Assembly (NCBI GenBank): GCA_965203055.1 | Contig: OZ241863.1 | Coordinates: forward strand, 3,968,001-4,032,000 | Direction of reading: 5' to 3' | DNA from: Spirochaetia bacterium | GTDB taxonomy: Bacteria; Spirochaetota; Spirochaetia; SZUA-6; Bin103 | DNA length: 64,000 nt | Part shown: positions 29,419-38,918 of the stretch, one piece after another | How the letters are laid out: every line of letters starts with the position of its first letter | Position numbering within the stretch: position 1 is the stretch's first letter | Made by a program: the position numbers and the translations under genes | The notes under the pieces: generated by a model | What the model was told of the DNA's origin: nothing | Databases searched by the model: none | What the model saw: the letters and a program-made list of their open reading frames with translations, nothing else

Positions 29419-30470
29419 AGGCCGCCGTAGCGCACCCCCGTGGGGACCACGTCGGTCTCGCGTCCGGCGCGGATGGCCAGCGCCGCGTCCAGCGTGCTCC
29501 GGAAGTCGTGATCCGGGGTGTAGCCGAGCAGCTCGCGCACCTTGGTATGGTCGAACTCGAAGTAGTTGGGAGAGGGCATGCGCACGTCGGCATAGCCGGC
29601 GCCGAGGCGCTCGGCCAGGGCCGGAACCAGCTCCTCCCACACGGTGAGCAAGCCGCCCAGGGTGAACGACTCGCCCACCGCGCCCTCGGCGTCCAGCGCC
29701 AGCGCCAGGCCCTTGGCTACGTCGCGCACGTCGGCCCACTCCTGCTTGTAGGTGCGCCCGTCGGGGCAGCGGCTGAGCAGCAGGCGCTTGCCCTCCTGCC
29801 AGGCCGCGTCGAGCTGGCGCAGCGCCTCCCGCGCGGCCGGCGGCGGCGCGGACAGCGCCTGCAGCCGCCCGCGCGCTTCGGCCACGCTCCAGTGCCGCGG
29901 AATCCCCTCGTCGTCGAGCAGCTCGCTCGGCTCCAGCACCGTGGCAAAGCGGCAGGTGACGCTCGGCACTCCGTACTGGCAGTGGTAGTTCATGCACAGT
30001 TCCTCGCCGATCCACTTGGTCAGGTAGTAGGGCATCAGCTTGCTGTGGCTCACTTCGTGCTCGCGGATCGGGCGCTCGAACAGGCGCCCGTCATCTTCCG
30101 TGCGCCAGTACACCGCCTCGGTGCAGGCGTACACCAGGCGCCGCAGGTCGGGCGCGTGGGCGCGGATCGCCTCCAACAGGTGCAGGGTGCCGAGCCCGTT
30201 GATCTGCAGGTACTCGATGTTGTCGTGCGGCGAAGCGAACGCGGCCGCGACGTGGTACACCGCGTCGACGCCCCGCACCGCCCGCTCCACCGCGGCGTAG
30301 TCGCGCAGATCGCCGGTGACCAGCTCGACGTTGGCCAGACCGTCCAGCTTGCGCGCCCGGCTGGCGTCGCCGGGAAACACGAAGCCGCGCACCGCGTGGC
30401 CCTGGCGCAGCAGCCGGCGCACCAGGTTGGCGCCGATGCGCCCGTTGGAACCGGTAACCAGAATCTTCAC
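29415..30470 (-). CDS. NAD-dependent epimerase/dehydratase
   Basis: ILVTGSNGRIG, YYLTK (YxxxK). Confidence 0.88.
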   Translation of the reverse strand: MKILVTGSNGRIGANLVRRLLRQGHAVRGFVFPGDASRARKLDGLANVELVTGDLRDYAAVERAVRGVDAVYHVAAAFASPHDNIEYLQINGLGTLHLLEAIRAHAPDLRRLVYACTEAVYWRTEDDGRLFERPIREHEVSHSKLMPYYLTKWIGEELCMNYHCQYGVPSVTCRFATVLEPSELLDDEGIPRHWSVAEARGRLQALSAPPPAAREALRQLDAAWQEGKRLLLSRCPDGRTYKQEWADVRDVAKGLALALDAEGAVGESFTLGGLLTVWEELVPALAERLGAGYADVRMPSPNYFEFDHTKVRELLGYTPDHDFRSTLDAALAIRAGRETDVVPTGVRYGGL

Positions 30471-31607
30471 TCAGGAGACCTCCACTCGATAGCCGTCGGC
30501 GGCGCGCACGCCGCGCTCGATCAGCTCCGGCTCCAGATCGAAGCCGGTGCCGGGCGTGTCCGGCACCAGCAGCTTGCCGGCGCGCAACTCCCAGCCGTCC
30601 AGCACCACGCCCTCGGTGTCGGCCGGCGCCGCCTCCAGCAGGGCGAAGTTGGGAACCGAGGCGGCGAAGTGGGCGTGCGCGTAGCGCTCGATGATCGAGC
30701 CCCAGCAGTGCGGGGCGCAACGCGCGCCCCACGGCTCGATGCGCGCCGCGGTCGCCTTCCACCAGCTCAGGCCCCGGGCGCGGAAGTCATGCTGCACCAC
30801 GTCGATGTCCCCGGCCTCCACCATGGCGAAGAAGGTGGGCGGCGGGGGGCCCGACTCGCCGTCCGCCACCAGCGTCGAATGGCCGCGCTCGCGGATGAAC
30901 CGGCGCAAGTCGGCGTTGAGCGTCGGATCCTCGGCGAACGGTTCCTCGAACCAGTAGATGCCGGCGCCGGCGCACGCGGTGAGGGTGTCCTTGGTGCTGT
31001 TGAGGGTGCCGCCGTTGTTGGCGTCCACCATGATCTTGGCCTCCGGCCCGGCCGCCTCGCGCACGGTATGGATCACCAGCACGTCGCGCTCCAGGCCGGC
31101 GGCGGTGGGCATCCAGCGGGCGCCGCGCCCGATCTTGATCTTGAAGTTGCGGTAGCCGTAGCGCTGGCCGGTGCGCACCTCTTCCCGAAAGATGTCCTGC
31201 GCTTGCGCGTCGCCGGCCCCCAGGTCGTCGATGTAGATCGAGCCGTCGTAGAGCTCCACGGAGCGGTCGCCGCGCGCGCCGAGCAGCCGATACAGCGGCA
31301 CCCCGTGCCATCTGGCGGCGAGGTCCCACAACGGCAGGTCGAGCGCCGCGCCCGGCTCCAGGGCGCCCTCCGGCAGGCGGAACAGCTCGCCGAGCCGGCG
31401 CCCTGCCAGCGACTCGGCGCGCGCCCGCTCCAGGCGCGACCAGCCCACGCCGACCGCGCCGCCGGAGGCATGCACGCGCACCACCGAATCGTGCACCACG
31501 GTGCCATGCGCGCCAATGCGGGCGTTGCAGCCGATGTCGCGCGGGCGCGGGCTGCGCACCACGATCTTCTCGATCCGGGTAATTCGCTCCTGCGAGAAAT
31601 CGCTCAT
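30471..31607 (-). CDS. Mandelate racemase/muconate lactonising enzyme family protein
   Basis: DLPLWDLAAR, FKIKIG, MVDAN, WFEEP, ADGE, PHCWG, PGTG. Confidence 0.88.
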   Translation of the reverse strand: MSDFSQERITRIEKIVVRSPRPRDIGCNARIGAHGTVVHDSVVRVHASGGAVGVGWSRLERARAESLAGRRLGELFRLPEGALEPGAALDLPLWDLAARWHGVPLYRLLGARGDRSVELYDGSIYIDDLGAGDAQAQDIFREEVRTGQRYGYRNFKIKIGRGARWMPTAAGLERDVLVIHTVREAAGPEAKIMVDANNGGTLNSTKDTLTACAGAGIYWFEEPFAEDPTLNADLRRFIRERGHSTLVADGESGPPPPTFFAMVEAGDIDVVQHDFRARGLSWWKATAARIEPWGARCAPHCWGSIIERYAHAHFAASVPNFALLEAAPADTEGVVLDGWELRAGKLLVPDTPGTGFDLEPELIERGVRAADGYRVEVS

Positions 31608-31679
31608 TCCTGGAATCTCCTCTTGGCGCCGGCGGCGCGCGGTGCCGTTACCGGATCGGGTCGCCGGCGACCGCACCGG

Positions 31680-32423
31680 TTACCCGACCGGTTGGCCGCG
31701 GTTGCGCACCCAGTCGACGAACTTCCGCCGCATGGCGGGAGAAAAGGCGTGCCCGGCTTCCTGATCCACGAACTGCTCGGCGCGGCCGCCGGCGGCGTTG
31801 ATCAGCCGCACCGTCTCCGCGTTGGTGGCCGCCGGACAGTCGGTGTCTAGACCGCCGTCGATGAACAGCAGCGGCCGACCGGTAAACCGGTCCGGGTGCG
31901 ATTGCGTCGCGTGTTCGGCGCACCAAGCGTCGCACCAGGTGCCGTGTTGGGCCTGCCGGCACCAGGCATCGGCCTGGAAGAAGCTGGAGCGTCCGACAAC
32001 CGAGACCAGCGCGCAGTAAGCCTTGTTCTCGGCGAATACCATTTGCGCGATCAGTCCTCCCATCGAGGTTCCGGTTACCTGCGGCTGCCGCGCGGAGCTG
32101 CCCGGCAAGGCCATGACCGCGTCCAGCAACGCCGCGGCTTCCCGGCGGGTCCGGTCCATGGCCTGGCACACGAAGGCCCAGCCGTTGAAGCCGGCGCGGA
32201 ACCAGGCGTCCGTAGCGCGCTCGCCGTGTTCGTAACAATCGGGCGCCACGATGAGAAAGCCGGCCGACGCCAGTTGCACCAGCGACCCATCGGGGTTGTC
32301 GATGCTCCCCTTGCTTCCCCGCCAGCCATGATAGTGGACCACTACCGGAGCCGCGTCGAGGCGCAGGTCGCGCATTACGATACAGGGCAGGTCCGCAATC
32401 TCGTAGCGCGCGATCTCAATCAT
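31680..32423 (-). CDS. Alpha/beta-fold esterase (YjfP-like)
   Basis: YHGW, PD...HGER, GTSMGG nucleophile elbow, AGH. Confidence 0.8.
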   Translation of the reverse strand: MIEIARYEIADLPCIVMRDLRLDAAPVVVHYHGWRGSKGSIDNPDGSLVQLASAGFLIVAPDCYEHGERATDAWFRAGFNGWAFVCQAMDRTRREAAALLDAVMALPGSSARQPQVTGTSMGGLIAQMVFAENKAYCALVSVVGRSSFFQADAWCRQAQHGTWCDAWCAEHATQSHPDRFTGRPLLFIDGGLDTDCPAATNAETVRLINAAGGRAEQFVDQEAGHAFSPAMRRKFVDWVRNRGQPVG

Positions 32424-32494
32424 CGGTCATAGGTACCATAGATGGAGGGGCGGAGCGCGGCAAGCGTATTGCACGGCGCACGTTCGGCCAAGGG

Positions 32495-33280
32495 TCAGTC
32501 GGGTGGGTCCGGGCTGACGAAGATCTCGGTGGCGTAGCTCTCCCGGAACCCTTTGCGGACCAGGTTCGCCAGCGAAATCGGCAGGAAGTCCATCGTTTCC
32601 ACCAGCGCGATCCGGCACCCCTGGCGCCGCGCCTCGGTCACCCGCCGCGCGATCAACGCATTCTGGGCGCCGCGGCCGCGGTCCGCTTCGCGGGTGGCGC
32701 CGAGGAACAGGTAGCCGGCTGACCCGGTGACGCAGAGCCCGCCCGCGGCCACCGGCCGGTCGCCGTCGAAGGCAAAGAAGGGGGTGCAGTCGCGGCGCCC
32801 GCCGGTGGCAAGGTAGAGGCTGGCGTATTCGCCGTACAGCTCCAGCAGGAATCGCCAATGAGCGCTCAGCTCCGCCGCCGGCACGGCGCGAACCCGTAAC
32901 TCGGTGCGATGCGGCGGCAGCTCGGCGGCGGGCCGCGCCAGGGTGAGGTAGCGCGCGCCGTCGAACGGGCGCAGCCCCAGTTCGCGCAGCCAGCCGCGCA
33001 GCTCGCCGGACTGGTCGCACGGGCTCAACCGGAAGAACCAACGCCCCACCCGCGCCGCGGCAAATCGCTCGACCACGGCTTCCAGGTCGCGCCGGCTGAC
33101 CCGCCTGACGACGCCGAGGAACTCCGCGCGGTTGGGATTGGTCGAGGGATAGGGCGTGACGGACCAGGGGTCGATCACCACGAATCCGCCGCCGATCTCC
33201 TGGGGCGCGGCGCCTCTGGCGCAGGTCGCAAGCATCCGCCGCGGGGCGGCAAGGCGCTGCGCGGCCTCGGCGGCGGTCAC
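32495..33280 (-). CDS. GNAT family N-acetyltransferase
   Basis: GATREADRGRGAQNALIARR, SLANLVRKGF. Confidence 0.8.
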   Translation of the reverse strand: MTAAEAAQRLAAPRRMLATCARGAAPQEIGGGFVVIDPWSVTPYPSTNPNRAEFLGVVRRVSRRDLEAVVERFAAARVGRWFFRLSPCDQSGELRGWLRELGLRPFDGARYLTLARPAAELPPHRTELRVRAVPAAELSAHWRFLLELYGEYASLYLATGGRRDCTPFFAFDGDRPVAAGGLCVTGSAGYLFLGATREADRGRGAQNALIARRVTEARRQGCRIALVETMDFLPISLANLVRKGFRESYATEIFVSPDPPD

Positions 33281-33286
33281 CTGCCG

Positions 33287-34003
33287 TCAGCCGCCGAGCT
33301 GCGCCGCCAGGTCGCGGAAGTCGCCCGCCACCAGGTCGAACGAAGCGCTCGTAATCCGCGCGGGCGGGGCCGCCGGACCGTGTTCCAGGGGACGCGACAC
33401 CAGCGCGGTCTTCAGGTCCAGGGCCGCGGCGGCCAGCAGATCGCCGGGATGGGCGGCCACCATCATCACCTGCTCCGGGCGCAGTCCCAGCAGCTCCACG
33501 GCGGTCAGGTAGACCCGCGGCTCCGGCTTGTAGGCGCGGGCCAGCTCCGCGCCCAGGATGCAATCCCAGGGCAGGCCGGCGTAGCGCGCCAGGTTGGTCA
33601 TCAGCGCCACGTTGCCGTTGGACAGCGCCGCTATGACGTAGCGCGCCTTGAGCCGGGCCAGTCCCGCGGGCGCGTCGGGCCACGCCTCCAGCCGATGCCA
33701 GGCCAGATTCAGGTCGGCCTTGGCGGCCTCGCCGGCGCCGGCGATTCCGAACTCCTCCAGCACTTCCTCCAGCGCCAGCCGATGCAGCGCGTCCAGGTTG
33801 GTCCACGGCAACTCCCCGCGGCGCACCTTGTCCATGAACGGGCGGTACTTGCCGCGCCAGGCGTCGGCCAACGCCGCCCAGTCCGCGGCGACGCCGGCGG
33901 CCTTGCCGAACGCCGCGGCCTCGCGGATCACCGAACTGCGCCAGTCCACCACGGTCCCGAACACGTCGAACAACAGGGCCTTGATCCCGGCGCCGGTCAT
34001 CAT
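33287..34003 (-). CDS. Haloacid dehalogenase type II
   Basis: FDVFGTVVDW, LSNGN, YKPEP, MVAAH..DL. Confidence 0.9.
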   Translation of the reverse strand: MMTGAGIKALLFDVFGTVVDWRSSVIREAAAFGKAAGVAADWAALADAWRGKYRPFMDKVRRGELPWTNLDALHRLALEEVLEEFGIAGAGEAAKADLNLAWHRLEAWPDAPAGLARLKARYVIAALSNGNVALMTNLARYAGLPWDCILGAELARAYKPEPRVYLTAVELLGLRPEQVMMVAAHPGDLLAAAALDLKTALVSRPLEHGPAAPPARITSASFDLVAGDFRDLAAQLGG

Positions 34004-34068
34004 GAGAAGCAAGTATAGCCGCGCCGGCGCGGCGCTGGTAATGGTAGGGTGCGCTTAAGTGCGCCAAG

Positions 34069-35181
34069 ATGAATGAAGCGACTCGGCCGGGATCGTTCAC
34101 CGGCTGCGGCGCGCGCCTGCGGCGGGCGCTGGAGGAGCATGGCGCGGTAGCGCTGCGGAACCGAAAGTACCTCGGCTCGAAGGTGCGGCTGCTCGACTTC
34201 ATCGAGCGCGAGATCAGGCGCGCCGCCGGCCGCATCGAGTCGTTCCTCGACGGGTTCGCCGGCACCGGCGTGGTAGCCGAGCGGATGCGGGCGCATACCG
34301 GGCGCCTCACGCTGGTCGACAACCTGGCGAGCAACTATTCGATCAACCGCGCGTTCTTCGCGTCTCATGAAGCCAACGTGCGGATCGACTACCTCGCCGG
34401 CGCGCTACGCGACCTGAATCGCCTGCCGCCGGCGGACGGCTACGCCGCGGCGCACTACGCGGGCCGCTACTTCACGCCCGAAAACGCCGGGCTCATCGAC
34501 GCCGTCCGCGACCAGATCGAACTGCGGCGGCAGGCCGGCGACTGCAGCGAGCAGGAGCGCCACGTGCTGATCACCAGCCTGCTGTTTGCCGCCGACAAGG
34601 CCGCCAATACCGTCGGCCAGTACGACGCCTACCTGAAGAACCTGGGGGCCGCGAGCTACGACCGGAACGGCCGCCATCTGGTCGACTCGAACGTATACCG
34701 GCGCCTGCGCCTGCGCATGCCGGCGCTGCGCTTCATGGAGGGCGCGACCGTGCTGCGCGCGGACCTGAACGCGGTCGCCGGAGACCACGCGGCGGACGTG
34801 GTCTACCTGGATCCGCCCTACACCGAACGCCAGTACGTCGATTGCTACCACGTGCTCGAGAACATCGCCTCCTGGAAGAAACCGGCGCTCAGCGGCAAGA
34901 CGATGAAATTCGAACGCGAGTCGCTGAAGAGCGCGTATTCGCGGCGCGGCACCGCGCTGGCGGCCTTCGAGCAGCTGCTCGGGCGGATCAGAGCCCGCCT
35001 GATCGCCGTCAGCTACAGCAACGAAGGGATCATTCCGCTGGACGACCTCAGGGCGGCGCTGGCGGCGCGCGGCGCCACTACCATGACCGGCAGCGAGTAC
35101 GCGGTGTTCGGCAACGGAGCAGGCCGGTCGGTGCGCCGGCCGGTGGTCGAATACCTGGCCGTCTGCCGCGCCGACACCTGA
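34069..35181 (+). CDS. Orphan D12-class DNA adenine methyltransferase (FokI/NlaIII-methylase-like)
   Basis: RKYLGSK, DGFAGTGVV (SAM motif), YFTPENA..ID, YLDPPY, SYSNEG. Confidence 0.88.
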   Translation: MNEATRPGSFTGCGARLRRALEEHGAVALRNRKYLGSKVRLLDFIEREIRRAAGRIESFLDGFAGTGVVAERMRAHTGRLTLVDNLASNYSINRAFFASHEANVRIDYLAGALRDLNRLPPADGYAAAHYAGRYFTPENAGLIDAVRDQIELRRQAGDCSEQERHVLITSLLFAADKAANTVGQYDAYLKNLGAASYDRNGRHLVDSNVYRRLRLRMPALRFMEGATVLRADLNAVAGDHAADVVYLDPPYTERQYVDCYHVLENIASWKKPALSGKTMKFERESLKSAYSRRGTALAAFEQLLGRIRARLIAVSYSNEGIIPLDDLRAALAARGATTMTGSEYAVFGNGAGRSVRRPVVEYLAVCRADT

Positions 35182-35242
35182 AGGGCGCTCCCGCGGGCCG
35201 GCGGCGGCGCGGCGGTTGCGAACTCTATGGTACGGTCGGCGG

Positions 35243-36208
35243 GTGATCCGCATCGTCAAGCCGAAGGGATTCGGCAACATCCGGCTGCAGGATGCCCCGC
35301 TCCCCGAAATCACCGCCCGGCAGGTGCTGGTGCGCGCCGAGGCGACGCTGATCAGCCGCGGGTCGGAGCTGTTCCGGCGCTACGTCGAGGAAGAGGCGGT
35401 GCCGGCGCGCATCATGGGCTACTCATTGGCCGGCAGGGTGGAGCGGGTCGGCGCCGCGGTCACCGAGTACCGGGTCGGGCAGCGCGTATTCGTGACCGCG
35501 CCGCATGCCCAATACGCGGTCGGCGAGGTCGACTCGACCGACGGCCGGCTGGTGCCGCTGCCGGACGGAGTGAGTTGCGAGCAGGGAACGCTGCTGCGGC
35601 TGGCCATGGAGGCGGTGGCCTGGGCGGCGTCGTCGGGCGCCCGGCGCGGCGACACCATCGTGATCCTCGGCCAGGGCGTGGTGGGCAGCCTGATGCTGCA
35701 GATCCTGCGCGGCTACCAGCCGGCGCGCATCGTGGCCGTCGACCCGCTGCCGCTGCGCCGGAGGATGGCGCGCGAGCTGGGCGCGGAGCTGGTGATCGAC
35801 CCGGCGCAGGAAGAGCCGGTGGCCGCGGTGCGGCGGCTCACCGGCGGGATGGGCGCGGACCTGGTGATCGACTGCGTGGGCGGCTACGACGGCGTGCGCT
35901 CGTTCGAGCAGGCGCAGGAGATGGTGCGCCTGCGGGGCACCATTCAGCTCATCGCCGCCTATCAGCAACGCCCCCTGCCGCTGCGCACGCAGAAGATCAT
36001 GCACCGGCGCCTGGTGGCCGGCATCCTGGTGGAGGAACCGCTGTCACGGATCGCGCTGCGCGCCGCCGCCATGATCGAGCGCGGGGAGATCCGGGCGCAG
36101 CCCATGATTACCCATCGCTTTCCCTACACCAGGGCCAAGGAAGCGTTCGACTTCCTGTGGCACTCGCCGCAGGAGGCGCTCGGCGTGCTGCTGATCTGGC
36201 GCGAGTGA
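35243..36208 (+). CDS. Zinc-binding (MDR) dehydrogenase
   Basis: ISRGSE, GYSLAG.V..VG, ILGQGVVG, GADLVIDC, ITHRF. Confidence 0.88.
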   Translation: MIRIVKPKGFGNIRLQDAPLPEITARQVLVRAEATLISRGSELFRRYVEEEAVPARIMGYSLAGRVERVGAAVTEYRVGQRVFVTAPHAQYAVGEVDSTDGRLVPLPDGVSCEQGTLLRLAMEAVAWAASSGARRGDTIVILGQGVVGSLMLQILRGYQPARIVAVDPLPLRRRMARELGAELVIDPAQEEPVAAVRRLTGGMGADLVIDCVGGYDGVRSFEQAQEMVRLRGTIQLIAAYQQRPLPLRTQKIMHRRLVAGILVEEPLSRIALRAAAMIERGEIRAQPMITHRFPYTRAKEAFDFLWHSPQEALGVLLIWRE

Positions 36209-36283
36209 GCGCATCCCGCGCCACAGGATACAACTGAAATAGCGTACCGTTTGTGGATTTGTTCCTGGTATACTCGAAATGCT

Positions 36284-37522
36284 TTGGAAATAGCCCGCGC
36301 GCACTATCTCGCCCGGCTCCGTCAATTCCTCGACGCGCCCGTGATCACCGCGGTGGTGGGGCTGCGCCGGGTTGGCAAGAGCGTGCTGCTGCGCCAGTTT
36401 GCCGCCTCGCTCCGCGGCGAGCGGCAGGTCGTCTACGTGGACCTGGAGTCGCTCGAGTTCGATCAGGTGCGCTCGGCGCGGGACCTGACCGACCTGGTGG
36501 AAGATGCCACCCGGCCGGACCGGCCGCGGGTAGTGATCGTCGACGAGGTGCAGCAGGTTCCCGGCTGGGAGCGTGCGGCGGCGGCCCTGAACAGCCAGGA
36601 GCGCACCCAGGTGGTGATCTCAGGCTCCAATGCGCGGCTGCTCTCGGCGGAGCTCGCCACCCACATCGCCGGGCGGTACGTGACGCTGCAGGTGTTCCCG
36701 CTCACCCTGGCGGAGTTCGAGGAGTTGTACCGGCAACGCCCGGGGGCGGGCGCGGCGCCGGTGGACGCGGCGCCGACGGACGAAGCGGCGCTGCTTCGCC
36801 GGTACCTGCGCCTCGGAGGACTGCCGGGACTGCTCCACACCGACCTGAGCGATCTGGTCGTCGAGCAGATGCTCACCGACATCGTCAACACCATCTTCAT
36901 CCGCGACGTCATCCGCCGCCATCGGATCCGCGACGTTGCGCTGTTCGAGGCGATTGCGCGGTTTGCCGTGGACAGCGTCGGCAGTCTGGTGTCGGCGAAG
37001 CGCATCGCCGACTTCATGAAGAGCCAGCGGCGCTCGGCCGCGGTCGACACGGTGCTGAACTACCTCGCCCATCTCGGCGACGCCTTCCTGCTCAACGCCG
37101 TGCAACGCCAGGAGCTGCGCGGCAGGAAGCTGCTGCAGGTGAACCACAAGTACTACCTGGGCGACGTGGGGCTGCGCAACGGCATCGCCGGCTACCGGGA
37201 GAGCGACGTCGGCGGCGTGCTGGAGAACCTGGTCTATCTGGAGCTCAAGCGCCGCGGTTACCGGGTGACGGTGGGCGTGGCCGGATCGCGAGAGGTGGAC
37301 TTCGTGGCTGAGAGCGGCGCCGGGCGGTGCTACGTTCAAGTGGCCTATCTGCTGGACTCGCGCGCTACCATCGAGCGCGAACTGAGCGCCTTCGCGGCAG
37401 TGGCCGACGCCTACCCGCGCGTGCTGCTGACCCTCGACCCCTATCAACCCGCGGACTTCGCCGGGGTCAGCCACCGGTCATTGGCCGACTTCCTGCGCGG
37501 CGCCCCGCTGGTGGGCCAGTGA
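36284..37522 (+). CDS. AAA_14 ATPase with DUF4143 domain
   Basis: [54 protein letters not shown]. Confidence 0.9.
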   Translation: MEIARAHYLARLRQFLDAPVITAVVGLRRVGKSVLLRQFAASLRGERQVVYVDLESLEFDQVRSARDLTDLVEDATRPDRPRVVIVDEVQQVPGWERAAAALNSQERTQVVISGSNARLLSAELATHIAGRYVTLQVFPLTLAEFEELYRQRPGAGAAPVDAAPTDEAALLRRYLRLGGLPGLLHTDLSDLVVEQMLTDIVNTIFIRDVIRRHRIRDVALFEAIARFAVDSVGSLVSAKRIADFMKSQRRSAAVDTVLNYLAHLGDAFLLNAVQRQELRGRKLLQVNHKYYLGDVGLRNGIAGYRESDVGGVLENLVYLELKRRGYRVTVGVAGSREVDFVAESGAGRCYVQVAYLLDSRATIERELSAFAAVADAYPRVLLTLDPYQPADFAGVSHRSLADFLRGAPLVGQ

Positions 37523-37662
37523 AGAAGCTGATCGAGGTGGCGCTGCCGCTGGACGCCATCAACGCCGCCGCCGCGCGCGAGAAGTCGATCCGCCACGGCC
37601 ACCCCACGGGCGCTGGATGCGGGAGGAGGCGGAGCGTCGCATCGGCAATCTTTACCCCACAG
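37519..37662 (+). pseudogene. Internally deleted remnant of a DUF1156-domain adenine methylase gene
   Basis: [29 protein letters not shown] (37519-37605) joined out of frame to [17 protein letters not shown], a motif that normally lies much further downstream. Confidence 0.75.
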
Positions 37663-37684
37663 GTAACCTGCCGGGGGCAACTCG

Positions 37685-37934
37685 CTACTCGATCAAAACC
37701 GGTAGGGTGTACAAGGTCGCGGCACCGAGAGTGGCCGGCGGTTCACCAATTTTCTTGATGGAAAAGCGCCCCTCGCCGAAACGTTCGTGGCCAACGAGAT
37801 GAGCATCCCACCGGTCATTGTATACATTCACGAGGCTTCCCGCGTGAAGCAAGGCGAAACGACCGCTATTCGTACGTTCGAGTTCTTCTTTGTATTGCTT
37901 GGTATGCCTCGACGTTTCGCTTCAGTTCGTTCAT
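37685..37934 (-). pseudogene. Frameshifted small protein (about 82 aa, DUF5678-like), not in the ORF track
   Basis: MNELKRNVEAY plus one extra base, then [59 protein letters not shown]...IE*; 250 nt. Confidence 0.6.
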
Positions 37935-37944
37935 TGCTTCGTGC

Positions 37945-38754
37945 TTATACATGGTCCCGGACATGCAGCGCCCGCTTCTTGATCTCGCGACGGATGTAGT
38001 GCTTCTCCGGCTCATCCAGCCAGCGATTCAACCGGGACCCGCAAGTCATAAGCAACTTACCGTCCAACTGCGGTGGAATTGGAGAGTTCTGTTGGATCTC
38101 GGCCAGTTCCTCCAAATGATCTTCAACGAACTTGACCACACATTCCGCAAGCTTGTCCCGGACTTCCGCATGGACAGATTCGACATCCGAGGCCATACTG
38201 TCGCCAGCGTTGAATTCGCCCCTTTGAGCCATAAATGTCTCGACGTCCGCTTTATGCCACTCCACAGTAGTATCTGACTCCTGCTTGAGAGCCGCTGATT
38301 GGTTCTTGCTGCTCGTTGCAATCCCAACCAAATGTACGCGGACGCCAAAACTCTGGGCAATCTGTACGCCAATTCTTGTATCTTCGTCTCCAGACAGCAG
38401 GACGGCGTCCGAAACGGCGCGATTGCGGGCCAAGTCGATCAGATCCGTGACAACCAGGGAGTCCACACCTTTCTGCTTACCATGGGGAGTGACGACCCCG
38501 AGGCGCAGCTTTACATCATCAGCATCCGCGATGCGTCTATGCTCATTTGATAGCTGCCTCACTAAGGCGCCATCGTACCAATAGATGCGCAACAGCTTCG
38601 CGCCGTCGCTCAACGCGTTGGCCGCCTCTTTCAGTTTGTCGATCACAGCCGAAACGTCGAGTGATACGTTATCTCGAGGTAGTGTCTCGCCGAAACAGGC
38701 GGACGAGCCGGCCGCATACAAATATCCAGCGTCGACAAAGACAGCAACGCGCAA
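37945..38754 (-). CDS. NYN domain (LabA/DUF88, PIN-fold) ribonuclease
   Basis: VAVFVDAGYL, LLRIYWYDG, KQKGVDSLVVTD, LLSGDED, LKQESD; GAGG RBS before TTG; lower GC. Confidence 0.9.
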   Translation of the reverse strand: MRVAVFVDAGYLYAAGSSACFGETLPRDNVSLDVSAVIDKLKEAANALSDGAKLLRIYWYDGALVRQLSNEHRRIADADDVKLRLGVVTPHGKQKGVDSLVVTDLIDLARNRAVSDAVLLSGDEDTRIGVQIAQSFGVRVHLVGIATSSKNQSAALKQESDTTVEWHKADVETFMAQRGEFNAGDSMASDVESVHAEVRDKLAECVVKFVEDHLEELAEIQQNSPIPPQLDGKLLMTCGSRLNRWLDEPEKHYIRREIKKRALHVRDHV

Positions 38755-38759
38755 AGTAT

Positions 38760-38850
38760 ACCTCGTTAACGTAAGGAGGGTCCCCGCAGGGGACCCTCTA
38801 TTGGGCCCACGCTCCAACCTAGGTATATTGCCGGGAGACGCTGGACTCTC
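38760..38850 (-). ncRNA. Putative structured leader/small RNA upstream of the NYN gene
   Basis: Lies between the promoter and the NYN start; perfect 10-bp stem GAGGGTCCCC-3nt-GGGGACCCTC (38776-38798) plus GAGA/TCTC and TCCAGC/GTTGGA pairings. Confidence 0.4.
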
Positions 38851-38853
38851 ATC

Positions 38854-38882
38854 AATATGCCCCACGACCGAACGGTAGTCAA
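38854..38882 (-). promoter_or_regulatory. Sigma70-like promoter for the NYN locus
   Basis: TTGACT-17 nt-CATATT. Confidence 0.6.
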
Positions 38883-38918
38883 GGGCTGGGCTGAGAACCT
38901 GACCTGACCATCTGCAGG

